From assembly GCA_951406725.2 (NCBI GenBank), contig OX597816.1, positions 71,300,001-71,364,000 on the forward strand: a stretch of DNA of 64,000 nt, written 5' to 3'. The notes beneath the pieces are model-generated. The model ran no database searches, was not told the DNA's origin, and saw only the letters and a program-made list of their open reading frames with translations. The stretch's first letter is position 1, and each line of letters begins with the position of its first letter. Origin of the DNA: Octopus vulgaris. Taxonomy: Eukaryota. Shown here piece after piece: positions 12,878 to 25,800 of the stretch. The position numbers and the translations under genes are program-made.

Positions 12878-15800
12878 ATAGAAATGGTAAGACAACAAAA
12901 GAATGAATGAGACCTCGATATTATGTAATAATAGGCAACACTCTATAGTTGCTATTCAATCTCTTGGTAACTAATAAAAATGATTTAATTTATACTATTA
13001 TTATTATTATTCCAGATAGTGGTGATGTTAAAAAAGATATCGGACACATACTTGACTTCATCACAAGATTAAAACATCTAAAGGTATCTCTCTCTCTCTC
13101 TAATTCACCCTTAGGTTTTGTATTAACATTCTCATACAATACACTGTTTGAAAACAGGACTACAAAACACTATTGTGGGTAGAACAGGTTTTTATCAATT
13201 TGAGTATAAATTGTTGGAACTTCATATTTTTACACCTGGAACTCAGTCAATTTCTAAAACCTAACTAGTTGCACTAATTACTGAGTGGAAGCAGCACCTA
13301 GTTCTCAGTTTCATGCATTCAGCTAAAAATAAGCTGCCTTACATTTAGACACAGTACAATAGTCAATGCAGGTTTTGAACTTATGACCATCTGGTCAGTT
13401 GTCCAGCTCTATAACTTCAGTCACCCAGCTCATAATTGTATGGCTTTTTTTTTTTTTTTTTATGTGTGTGCTTGAAGAATCTTTTCTTAACAATATTTCC
13501 GAATTATATTGATTTTTGCTCCAGTGTGAGGACAGAGAAGCATTTAACAAGTGACTGTCCTGGCAAAATATTAAATTTCATTGGGCTTATTATTTCTCCA
13601 AAAAGCCACAGCACATTGTAAAGTACACCACTTCATTTTCTTCTTAGATCAACTGAAGTCACAGTTTAATATCAATTATCTATGAGACCTAAAGGTCAGG
13701 AGTGTTGCTACCTCCTCCAATTAATGTTAACCTTCGTAAATAAAATTATGATGATAAATCTATCTGTTGAGGTAATTTGATTATCTCATCAGGAATTTGT
13801 TTGATTAATTAGCTGTTTCAATAAATCCTTTGATAATTTCTTATCTAAAAACACTGGAATTGACCTTAATATCATTGAGTTCATTATCTAGAGTTTCATG
13901 ATCAGTATTTTCAATCATGGAACAATGCCTTTTCTTTCTTTTTCTTTCAAGGCATTTTTTTTCTTTAATTATTAGAAATTTGTTTTAGTTGCAAATTAAT
14001 GTATTGTTAGATCTTGTTTCATAAAATTTTATTTTGCAGTCCATATGAACGAGTAATAAAATATGTATATTTCTTCATATCTTTTATCTTGCTGCATTAG
14101 ATCTGTGGTAGCCGTGATCCAGTTGGCAGCAGTAATATTGATATGAATGAGTTGCGTTTTGATCTGACCCTATTCAAATCTTTACAAACTTTGGAGGTAA
14201 GTTTACTACTAGAAAATCTGTTCATTATTTAGACTGTATGTATGTATGTCTGTTCTGGGTTTCATTTTAGTGTTTTTAAATAATAGAGATAGATGAAAAT
14301 TATCTGTAGATATTCCAGTTTGGGCCAGGTCTGACTTTGTGAATTTTGAGTTTAATGTTTTTTCATTTTTGCTCAATTTCAAACTGTATTTCTGTTTGCA
14401 TCAGCTCTTTGCTGATGAGTCTAGAAAATAGACTTTACATGGTTGCTCGACTTGGTGGAAATACTACACAAATCTCTCTCAAATTAAATCTTATCTTAAA
14501 GAGAAAGAACTTAGTTCTAAACTATCAATTCCTGGGTAAAAATAATAGGATTGGTCATGGTGGGAACACCTTTGGTAATAAATCTGCTGGTATAGTACTA
14601 ACCTGAGGTTAAACAACATTTCTTCACCAGTTACAAAGCCAGACTTTTCTAAAGTCTGACCCAATGTTATGACTTGAAATAAAAATATTCCACAAGCATA
14701 GCAGAGTGGTTAAGAAGCTTGCTTTGCAATCACATGGTTTCGGGTTCAGTCCCACTGTGCCGCACCATGGTCAATGCTTTGTGAGTAAAGTTGGTAAACA
14801 AAAACTGTGTGGAAGTTCATTGCCTATAAATATGTGTGTTTGTTTCTATCCACTGCTTGACAGTCTGTTTTGGTTTGTTTACATTTTTGTAACTTAACAG
14901 TTCAACAAAAGAAACTGATAAAGTACTAGACTTTAAAAAATATAAGTACTGGAGCAGTTTGTTTGACTAAAACCCTTCAAAGCAAGCCCTGTCATAGTTG
15001 CAGTCCAATGACTAAAATAAGTAAAAGATAGTGTCTTACTAATTCAATTTCATATTTGTTACATGACTGTAACTATTTTGTAATTTTTCAGATTTTAAAT
15101 TGCAACTCACTGCTCATCACTGGATTTGAAACAATTAAACAGACCTTACAAAGAATTGAAGCCCACCATTCCATGAAAGAAATTAAGGTAAAAAATCTTT
15201 CACCTTCAACCTGTTACCTCATGGCTAGATTATAATGTACAAGTCTTTTTACAGTTACTCTAGCTCTTGCCAAGTCTACACTACTTATTGTTGTTTTTGC
15301 TAATATTATTTACTGTTGCTATTAGCTAAGATCACCTTCACTTTTACTCCAGCTAAGCTCAACTACACTTTTGCTACAGCTAAGCTCAGCCACACTTTTG
15401 CTCCAGCTAAGCTCAGCCACACTTTTGCTCCAGCTAAGCTCAGCCACACTTCTGCTCCAGCTAAGATCACCTTCACTCTTACTCCAGCTAAGCTCAACCA
15501 CACTTTTGCTCCAGCTAAGCTCAGCCACACTTCTGCTCCAGCTAAGATCACCTTCACTCTTACTCCAGCTAAGCTCAGCCACACTTTTGCTCCAGCTAAA
15601 CTCACCCACACTTCTGCTCCAGCTAAGATCACCTTCACTCTTACTCCAGCTAAGCTCATCCACACTTTTGCTCCAGCTAAGCTCAGCCACACTTTTGCTC
15701 CAGCTAAGCTCAGCCTCATTCTTGCTCCAGCTAAGATCACCCTCACTCTTGCTCCAGCTAAACTCACCCACACTTCTGCTCCAGCTAAGATCATCCACAC

Positions 15801-18800
15801 TTTTGCTCCAGCTAAGTTCACTCATGCTCTTGCTTCAGCTAAGATCACTCATGCTCTTGCTTCAGCTAAGATCACTCATGCTCTTGCTTCAGCTAAGATC
15901 ACCCACACTCTTGCTCCAGCTAAGATCACTCATACTCTTGCTCCAGCTAAGATCACCCACACTCTTGCTCCAGCTAAGATCATCCACACTCTTGCTCCAG
16001 CTAAAATCACCCCCACTTTTACTCCAGCTAATATCACCCCTACTTTTACTCCAGCTAAGATCACCCCCACTTTTACTCCAGCTAAGATCACCCCCATTTT
16101 TACTCCAGCTAAGATCTCCCCCACTTTTGCTCCAGCTAAGCTAACCCACACTTTTGCTTCAGCCAACACCACACATTTTAGTTCACACTATACACTCTTC
16201 CCCTTGCTAACACAACCTATTGTTAGTGTGGCTGATACTGTTTACTGTAGGTGCTTGTGTCGCTGTATGGTTAAGAATCTTGCTTCCCAATCATATGGTT
16301 TTGGATTCAGTCCCACTGCATGGTACCTTAGGCAAGTATTTTTGACTATAGCCTCAGGCTGACCAAAGCCTTGTGAGTGGATTTGGTAGGCAAAGTTCTT
16401 TTTTATTTCTGATCCTTTTCCAGTATTGTTCCTTTTCCCTGTGCTTTTTCATTGTTAATTAAGACACCCACCTTGGCTCTTTACCTTCACATTCCCCAAA
16501 TGACTATCCTAAACTGAAACATCACATTAACTCTCACTGTGTTAATAAGATTATTATTTGTTATGTAACATGCTAATCATATGCAAATCAGTTCTTGCAG
16601 CTGTTTTCTATTGACCAGTGAAGATAAAACGTGTGTTTCCAACCACATAGTTCCAGGTTTAGTCCCACTGTGTGGCACCTTGGACAAGTGTTTTCTGGGG
16701 TTGACCAAAGCATTGTGAGTGGATTCCATAGATGGAAGCCGAAAGATGCTTGTGTTTGTTTCACCACCACTGATTAACAACCGTTGTTTGTGTGTTTACT
16801 TCCCTGTAACTTAGTAGTTCAGCAAAAAAAAAAAAAAGACTGATAGAATAAGTACCAGTTTTAAAAAATAAATATAAGTACCAGGGTTGATTTGTTTGAC
16901 TAAAATTCTTTAAGGTGGTGCCCCAGCATGGCCACAATGTAACGACTGAAACAAATAAAAGATTAAAGATATGAAATGTAGAAGATTCTGGAAAGTTCTC
17001 CCCACCATTAAAAACGAGTTAACTCTGTTCCCATGTCTCCAGTGCACATGCAAAGTGCTGAATATACACAGTCCTCACTCAGTAAGGGTCAACAATAAGA
17101 AAACTTTCATGTCCATCTGCCTCCTTTCATACACATTTCTTCCATTTTATAATACATCCACCCTCTTTAACCACTTCTGTCTTTGACTGTTGTCTTTTCA
17201 CAGGATTTACTATTACAAGAATATTCCCACTGGCGAGATGAAGATGGCACCTTAATTGTAGAATTTTGGAATCATATTATAGAAGCAGATTTTAGTCACA
17301 ATTCAATAAAATGTATAGATGAGAGTATAGTAAGTAAAGTTTATTATGTTTGATCGATGTATCTATGTTCATTTATGGATTGATTGATTGATTAATTGGT
17401 GTGTCTCAATCTCCTTAATCTATTTAGTTATGTCTTTAACAATCTGTCCTGCTAACTGTCTTTCTGGTTAGCTCTTGTCTGTTTGGCTGGCTTGCAGTCG
17501 GTACAGTTAGCTGCTTGACTGTCTGTTTTTCTCTTTATCTTCCTCTCTGTCTATCTGTCTGTTGACCTATCTCTGCCTGACTGTGTCTGTCTGTATATCT
17601 TTTTCTCTATCTTTCCCACCCTGTCTGTCCATCTATCTCTTTGTCGATCTGACTATCTTTCTGACTGACTGTCTGTGACTGACTCTCTCTCTCTCTACTA
17701 TTACTTGTTTGTCTAATCTCTGTGTTCTTTACCCACAGCAATTACTTCCACAAGTCGAACACTTGGACCTAAGTCACAACTTCATCGATACAATCCAGAA
17801 CTTGCAGTGGTTAAGTCAATTAACGAGTTTAAATCTATCACACAACAACATTGATCACCTTGATTCTCTCCATACAAAACTTGGTAATCTGAAGACACTC
17901 AACCTGGCAGGAAACAGAATTAAACACCTGCAATGTAAGTTTCATTTTAAATATCAGTTAATTGCGAATGTCTTAAATATTTGTTAGTTTTTGCAATTGT
18001 TTAATAGACATACATAGGTACAGGCATGGCTTTGTAGGTAAGAAATTTGCTTCCCAACCACATGGTTTCAAGTCCAGTCCCAATATGTGACACCTTGGGC
18101 AACTGTCTTCTATGATAGCCCAGGGCTGACCAAAGCCTTCTAAGTGGATTTGGTGAGCAGAAACTCAAGAAAAGCCCATCATATATTCAATCAGGAATGA
18201 CCAATCTGGACAAGGTTGTTGATAGAAGACCAGCAGTCAGCCATGCATACCAGCCTCCCCACTGCATGCCACCGATGTTATATCCAAGGGAAAGACATAC
18301 TCCATTGTGTTGAATGTGCCCATGCTGCATTTATTCTAAAGAGAATGTTTAATGGTTGGCAGTATTGTGATGATTTAAATTGTTAAACTTGTCTAGGGCT
18401 AAAATAATTATTGCCCAAGTTTATGACAACGCTCTGGTAATTAAAGAGGAAATGTTACTACTAGGCTAATAAACTTTTGAGGAAATTTTAAGTTTAAGAA
18501 GGAACAAAAAAAAATTATTAATGGTTAAATATCTACTTCAAAGAACAGTGACTGAAATGACAAATTCAAGATAATGCTGCTAGGGTATGCAGCTGGGGTA
18601 AATATAACTGATTGACAATTATTTATTGTTGTTGTTCTCCAGGTCAGTCCAGGTTTAACTATTTTGCATTTAAACCAGCCATATCTGACCCAAATATCTA
18701 CCTGCTTTATGTTTAAACCAGCCTGATCCATTCTCTCATACCCTACCTTCAATGTCATTGGTGAAAGCACCTGGCTTAGTGGTTAGGGTATTAGGCTCAT

Positions 18801-19749
18801 GATCACAAGCCATGAGTTCGATTCCTGGTGTTATGCCATGTCCTTGAGCAAGACACTTTATTTCTCATTGCAGCTGGCAAAAATGAGTTTTACCTGTAAT
18901 TCGAAGGGCTCATCTTGCTACATTCTGTGTCATGCTGAATCTCTCAGAGAGCTATGTTAAGGGAGTGTATGTCTGTGGTGTACTTAGCCACTTGTATGTT
19001 AATTTCATAGGCAGGCTGTTCCATTGATTGGATCAACTAGAACTCCCATTGTTGTAACTGACAGAATGCCAAACCACAGTTGAAAAATAAACCTGTACAT
19101 CATCAAAATCCTAAAGCTATGAGATAATGCATTATCATTAATAAAAAAAAACAAACACAATGTGAATAAATAATCATTACATTTGACAAAGTAATTTGAA
19201 TGCTAAAGGGTTAGACATCAACTGATGTTCCACCCACGACCATCCTGTCTTTTGTCATAGGTATACAAGTGTATTTTTGTTTGTTTTTCACCACTTGATA
19301 ACTGGTGTTGGTTTCTTTATGTCCCCACATCTTGTTGGTTTAGCAAAGAGAGACTGTTAGAATAAGTGCTAGGGTTGATTTCATTGACTAAGCCCTTCGA
19401 AGTTGCACCCCTAACATGACACAGTCCAATTAATAACTTAAATCAGTGAAAGAATAAATATATACTTGCATGGCTGTGTAGTTAAGAACCTTGCCTTTGA
19501 ACTATGTGGTTTCAGGTTCAGTCCCACTGCATGGCACTTTGGGCAAGTGTCTTCTACTCTCTTTACTCTTTTACTTGTTTCAGTCATTTGACTGCGGCCA
19601 TACTGGAGCACCACCTTCAGTCGACCAAATCGACCCCAGGACTTATTCTTTGTAAGCCTAGTACTTATTCTATCAGTCTCTTTTGCCAAACTGCTAAGTT
19701 ATGGGGACGTAAGCACACCAGCATCGGTTGTCAAGCGATGTTGGGGGGA

Positions 19750-19814
<65 letters not shown>

Positions 19815-22800
19815 GCATATATACGACTGGCTTCTTTCAGTTTCCATCTACCAAATCCACTCACAAGGCTTTGGTCGGCCCGAGGCTATAGTAGAAGACA
19901 CTTGACCAAGGTTCCATGCAGTGGGACTGAACCCGGAACTATGTGGTTGGTAAGTGAGCTACTTACCACACAGCCACTCCTATGCCTATAGCTTTAAGCC
20001 AACCAAAGCTTTGTGAGTAGATTTGGCAGATGGAAACTGAAAGAAGTCTGTTCTTTATATATTTGTGCATGTTTGTGTGTGTGTATCCTTGTCTTGACAT
20101 CATGTAGTGCTTGCAAAGAAGCATCATTGTCACATGAGTGTTGTTGTTGTTCACTTCCAATCTGTCATGGAAAACATGTGGCCATGGGGGAAATTACCAT
20201 GCTTGGAAACAGGTGAGGGTTGGTGACAGGAAGGGCATCTGGACAAAGATAATCTGCCTCAACAAATTCTGTGCAACCCATGCAAGCATGAAAAAGTGAA
20301 CATTAAATGAAGAGGGCAATGATGATGAGACTCTATAATTAAAAGAAGAAAAAAAATTACTGGATATTCATGAATCATAGGTTTGCTGGATCAACGTTAC
20401 ATAAAGTTTCACAACAGCCTCTAAAATTTTCTATATTTTATTGTTTGACCCTTTAGCATTTAAACTGGTCATATCCAGCCCAAATATTCTATCTGTTTTA
20501 ATGTTCAAATTGGCCAAATCCAGCCTCCCTCACCTATCCTACAATTGTCACTCCAAAAATAAACAATCACACCGTCAAAACTTCAAAGCTGTGAGATAAT
20601 GTATAATTAATTCAAAATAGTGTGAATAATTAAGCATTTACATTTGACAGAGTAATCTGAATGCTAAAAAGAGTAAATACTGACAGCTATTGCTGTGTCA
20701 TTTTCACTAAGCAATCTCTTACATATCTTATTTCTGTTGATTTTATTTAAAGGTTTATCAAAGTTATTTTCACTTGTTAATTTGGATATCAGTAACAATG
20801 ATATTTCAGACGTAAGTACAATCATTGATTCTTTTATGTTGTGTTATTCTTTGTTTTTTAACTTCTCAATCTATTTTCTCCCCCCCTCTTTTTTTTTGTT
20901 GTTGTTGTAGTGGTAAGAGTGTAGTGCTTATAACTGATTGAATTTATTCCCAAAAAAACATTCGAGCAAGTTCGTTGCCAGTGCTGCTGGACTGGCTCCT
21001 GTGCAGGTGGCACATAAAAAGCACCATTTGAGCATGTCCGTTGCCAGTACCACCTGACTGGCCCTTATTTCAGTGGCATGTAAAAGTACCCACTACACTC
21101 TCAGAGTGGTTGGTGTTAAGAAGGGTATCCAGCTGTTGAAACTGTAGAAGTTTGGTGCAGCCATCTGGTTCGCCAGACCTCAGTCAAATTGTCCAACCTG
21201 TGCTAGCATGGAGAGCGGACATTAAACGAACGATGAACGATATTAATGTTGATTTTGTTGAACATTAATTAAAAATTTTAAAAAAGTATTTTCTATAAGA
21301 TTTGAGTGATAAAATTCAGGATAATGTAAATCATTTTAACAGTGGAACTCTAATGGTTTCAAATTTTGGTACAAGGCCAGCAATTTCAGGAAACCGACTA
21401 AGTTAATTACATTGAGCCCTGTACTCAACTGGTGCCCTGAAAGGATGAAAGGCAAAGTCAACCTCTGCAGATTTTGAACTCAGAATGTATGGATGAAATG
21501 CTGCTTAGAATTTTGCTTCATGTGCTAACAATTCTACCAGCTCAATGCCTTAGATAAAGCTACAAATAATAGCATGTAAAATATTGGATTAAAAAACCTC
21601 TTCAGTAGAAAAAAAGTTGAAGGCTGCCCATAGGACTCAAACCTCCGTCTACTGTGGACATGACAGATGTGCTACCATTGGACCAAAGCAACTCTTTGAA
21701 TTTTCTTTATCTGTTTTAGAAGCTTTGTTCATACCAGCAAGAATTGTACATTGTTTACATTATAAGAATATTTTACTTTTAGTAAAGATGTATGAAGTAA
21801 ATCATTTTAATAGTGGAACTGAAGTAGATAATGCTGTCACTAATAGCATATAGAATGTTGGGTTTAAAAAAAAATAGCTAAATATGCCAAAGGTTTCCTG
21901 TAGAACTTGAACCTACATCTGTGAAGATGACAAATGTGTTACCAAGTCCCTCATTCTACTATTTGTACCTGCACAAGTGTCCACCTTGAATTTTTTTTTT
22001 TTTTTTTTTGCCAAAGAACAATTTTCTGAGTTAAAAATTTTACAATTAATATTTTTTTCTATTTGTTCATTATAATTTTTTTACCCGGTACATTTAAATG
22101 TAGATGAAACTAGCTTGTTAGTTAAGCTGGTTATTTCTATAATGACTTAGGTAACAGGTTTTGTGATTTATCTATGTCAGAAAGGTGAAGGCACATGGCC
22201 TAGTGGTTTAGGTATTTGACTCATGTTCATGGGTTCAGTTCCTGGAGTGGCTAGTACCTTGTGATCTTGAGCAAGGCCCTTCATTTCATGCTGCTCTTGT
22301 AAATGAGTACCAGCCAGTTGCTGTTGCCATTTTTTTCTCTCTCTAGTTGTCACATCCTGGATGGTTCATGAGTGAGGGTGTCAAGAAGGTAACAGTGTCT
22401 ATACATGACTACACAGGCACCTAAAACAATTAGCAAAAGCATGGTACAGTTTACTAAGCCATCTATCACTGCATTGTGCCATGTTAGAAACCTGGTGTGC
22501 TCTTCTGTGCTGTCTCATGATGTAGCATGCCATACTAATGTTTCTATGCCTTGGTGACATGCAAATGATACCAAGACACAGCATTCTGTGCTATGCTGTG
22601 GTTTGTCCATCTATGCTGTAGCGTGTCATACCATGTCAACATTGACATTACCAAACTCATGATGGCAGTTCTTCATGTTTGAAGATCAGAAGGGTGAGCA
22701 GCACATGCTCAAGTGACTATATAAACCAATCCTTGAATGACAAGTTTTAATGGGGACAAATGGAGCTTTTGTTCCTGCTTGTACTTGGTAGTTTTAATGT

Positions 22801-25800
22801 GAGAGTCAATCTGTGCAATTTGATCTTTAGATTTGGTGGTCTGACCACAGTGGTCCAGCAGGCTAAGATGGCTGCAGTGTCCAACTGTAGGTTTTACTTT
22901 GGAATGGCCTTCTAGGTGAATTGCCTTGCAGGGTTGAAGAGCTCTACATGTCCTGGAGTTGCTGGAAGAATGCGTAAAAGAGCACCAAATTGCTTGAGTG
23001 TCTCCACTCCTTTATTTGAAGTCAGTGGCCTGTAAAAAGTACCCAACACACTCTGTTAAGTGGTTGGCATTAGGAAGGGCATCCAGCCATAGAAACCATA
23101 CCACAACAGACAGTTGGAGTCTGGACAGCTCCCTGCTAGCTAGCTCCATATCAAACCATCCAACCCATGCCAGCATGGAAAGCAGATGTTAGACGATGAC
23201 TATGATGAGTTTGGCTCACCTAGCCCATTCCTTTACCAAGGCACTGATAAGGCATTAAGGGTTTGTGCTTGTAGTTTTTTTTTTCCATAATATACTAATT
23301 AACCCACAGCCAGGACCCTGACAGATGCTACCACTCTGAGTCAGAGGTTATCTGGGAGCATGGTGGCTAAGAGGTGGTATTACACTTCTCAAAATCTTGG
23401 AACTCCCAAACTTGGACCCAAACATCAGATGCAGTTTAAAGTCAAGCCCAGAATACCATCACTATACTATGTTGTTGTTGTTGCTATACCGTGCTGCGAT
23501 ATTAATACCATACCATTCTATTTATTATATCTTCTGTATTTTGTCAGATCAATGAAGTGAAGCATGTCAGTGGCTTGCCTTGCATGGAGAAGTTGTCAAT
23601 GGTTGCCAATTCTGTTACCATTGTACTTGACTACAGGACTAAAGTACTTGCCATGTTTTTAGAGCGAGCTAATGAAGTAAGTGAAAACACTGGATGCTTT
23701 ATTTTCCTCATCTCTCAGTCTAAGCTGTATGTCTGTCTGTCTGTCTAGCTATCTAGCCACTTAACTATTTACCTATCTTTCTACCTATGCACTTATCTAC
23801 TTACCTGTCTATCATTCTCTTGTCACCCCCTTCACTCTTCTCTCTCTTAATTCTTCTTTATTTATCCAATCTGGGTGAATTTTGTTTCTCTGTCAGTCTT
23901 TATATCTATATATATATATTTATTTATATGTGTTTTTCTTTTCAGATATGTCTTGACCATATGAAAGCTTCTCAAAAAGAATTAGATACTGTAGCTGTTG
24001 TGTTAGCTATACAGAAATCAAAGGAGAACAAAGAGAAACTTCGCAAGTTGATGCCAAATAAAGTAAGAGCTTGAAAATGTAATGACAAGTATGAGTTGAT
24101 ATTTAAGATAATAGGATTGTATAACCCTGGTCAACGTCATTTGAGCAGAGTTTTGATACAGAAGTAGTGAACTGACTGAATCATTTCAGTGACATTTCCA
24201 GTTGTGGTCAGTTCATGGTTCTCTTATGCTTTCTTAGACAATTTAAACATGTGATCCCATTTGAAACTTGCCTGTGAATTTGGCTATTCTATATAGACAT
24301 CTTTGGCTATCATTTCCTTTTTTTTTTTTTGTCTTGAACAAGCCTGTATGCTGTTTTTTAGGTTCAGTCCCACTAGATGTCATCTTGGTCCCTAGCTGAT
24401 CAAGGCCTTGTGAGTGGATTTGGTAGACAGATTCAAAGAAACTTGTTGCATGTCCTTGTCTTTACATTGTGTGATAATTATTGAGTTTTACTGTCTGGCT
24501 ATGGAGAAATATTGCCTAGTTTGGAAACAAGTGAGGGTTGGTGACCGGAAGGGCATCCAGCTGTAGAAAATGTCTGCCTCACCCATGCAAATGTGAAAAA
24601 GTGGACATTGAAATGATGAGGATTTCTTATTATCTTTGCTTCTATGTTTTGTTGGATGTGCCCTCTATTCAAATGTGAATTTTTTTGGTATAGTCATGGA
24701 AATTAGGAACAGAACAGAGTTAAGTACCTTGCTCAGGAGTATAACGCCATAAGAGCTGTGAGATTTCATCTTACGTTCATGTGGTCAGCAGTTTAGTACC
24801 TTAAGCTCACGACCATTCTACTTCTTTTATTCTTTATCATGAATCTTTCACCAAGTTTAATATAATTTCACAATAGAAATTCTTCAGCAATTAACAATTT
24901 TTGTATATTTTTCTATTGTAAATTTTTCTATATCAAGGTTAACTGACCAGAAAGTCATAAGTTCAAACCTGTCTGCTGACATTGTTTTGTGGCTCCTGAA
25001 CTAGATACATTACTCAGTGTCGCTACTTGAATACACCTGCATCATCAGTACCATTTTCAGTTGCAAGTGATAGATATCTAACTATATAAGCCATAAGCTC
25101 TTACACATGATGTACAAGAGAGAAGCTTTGCTCAAAACATCAGTGTATTTATCTCCTCATAGTTTACTTCGACCAATCTATCGACTTCACTAAATGATGT
25201 TTGTTGATGTAGGTCATCAATATGATGTAGTTCTCAATATCTATCTTCTATAAGACAATGAGTTAGCAGAATCATTAGCAGGCCGGGCAAAATGCTTAGC
25301 AGCATCTCATCTGTCTTTGTGTTCTGAGTTCAAATTCTGCTGAGGTTGACTTTGCCTTTCATCCTCTTGTGGGTCGATTAAATAAGTACCAGTTGAATAC
25401 TGGGGTTAATGTAATCGACTTATTCCCTCCCCCAAAATTGCTGGCCTTGTGCCTAAATTTGAAACCGATATGTATATTCTTTACCCTCCTACATGTTTCA
25501 GTTGTTCAAGTGTGGCCATGTTGGAGCACCACCCCAAAGGGTTTTGTCAACCTCAGTTTTTTTATGTGTGGTACAAGAACCGGCAAGCCAAGTGAGACCA
25601 TAAACTGTGGCCTAGGCCAGGGGTCTAATCTGCCCACTTATGTGTACCTTTCCTACATTGGACACTAAACTCTGCTTGCGAAGACCTGTTGAGGCAAATG
25701 AAATCGAAATCAAATCAAATTTGATGACTGGTATCCGTGCCAGTGGAGCGCTAAGAGCACCATCCAAGCGTGATTGCTGCAAGAGCAGCTGACTGGCTTC

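Noticed and set aside
14412-14440. ctgatga-gtcta-gaaaa-tagac hairpin
   Set aside because: Not followed by GAAA; no stem I or III
15316-16362. 348-aa and overlapping repeat ORFs
   Set aside because: Consequence of a stop-free 27-bp minisatellite; non-ATG start, intronic
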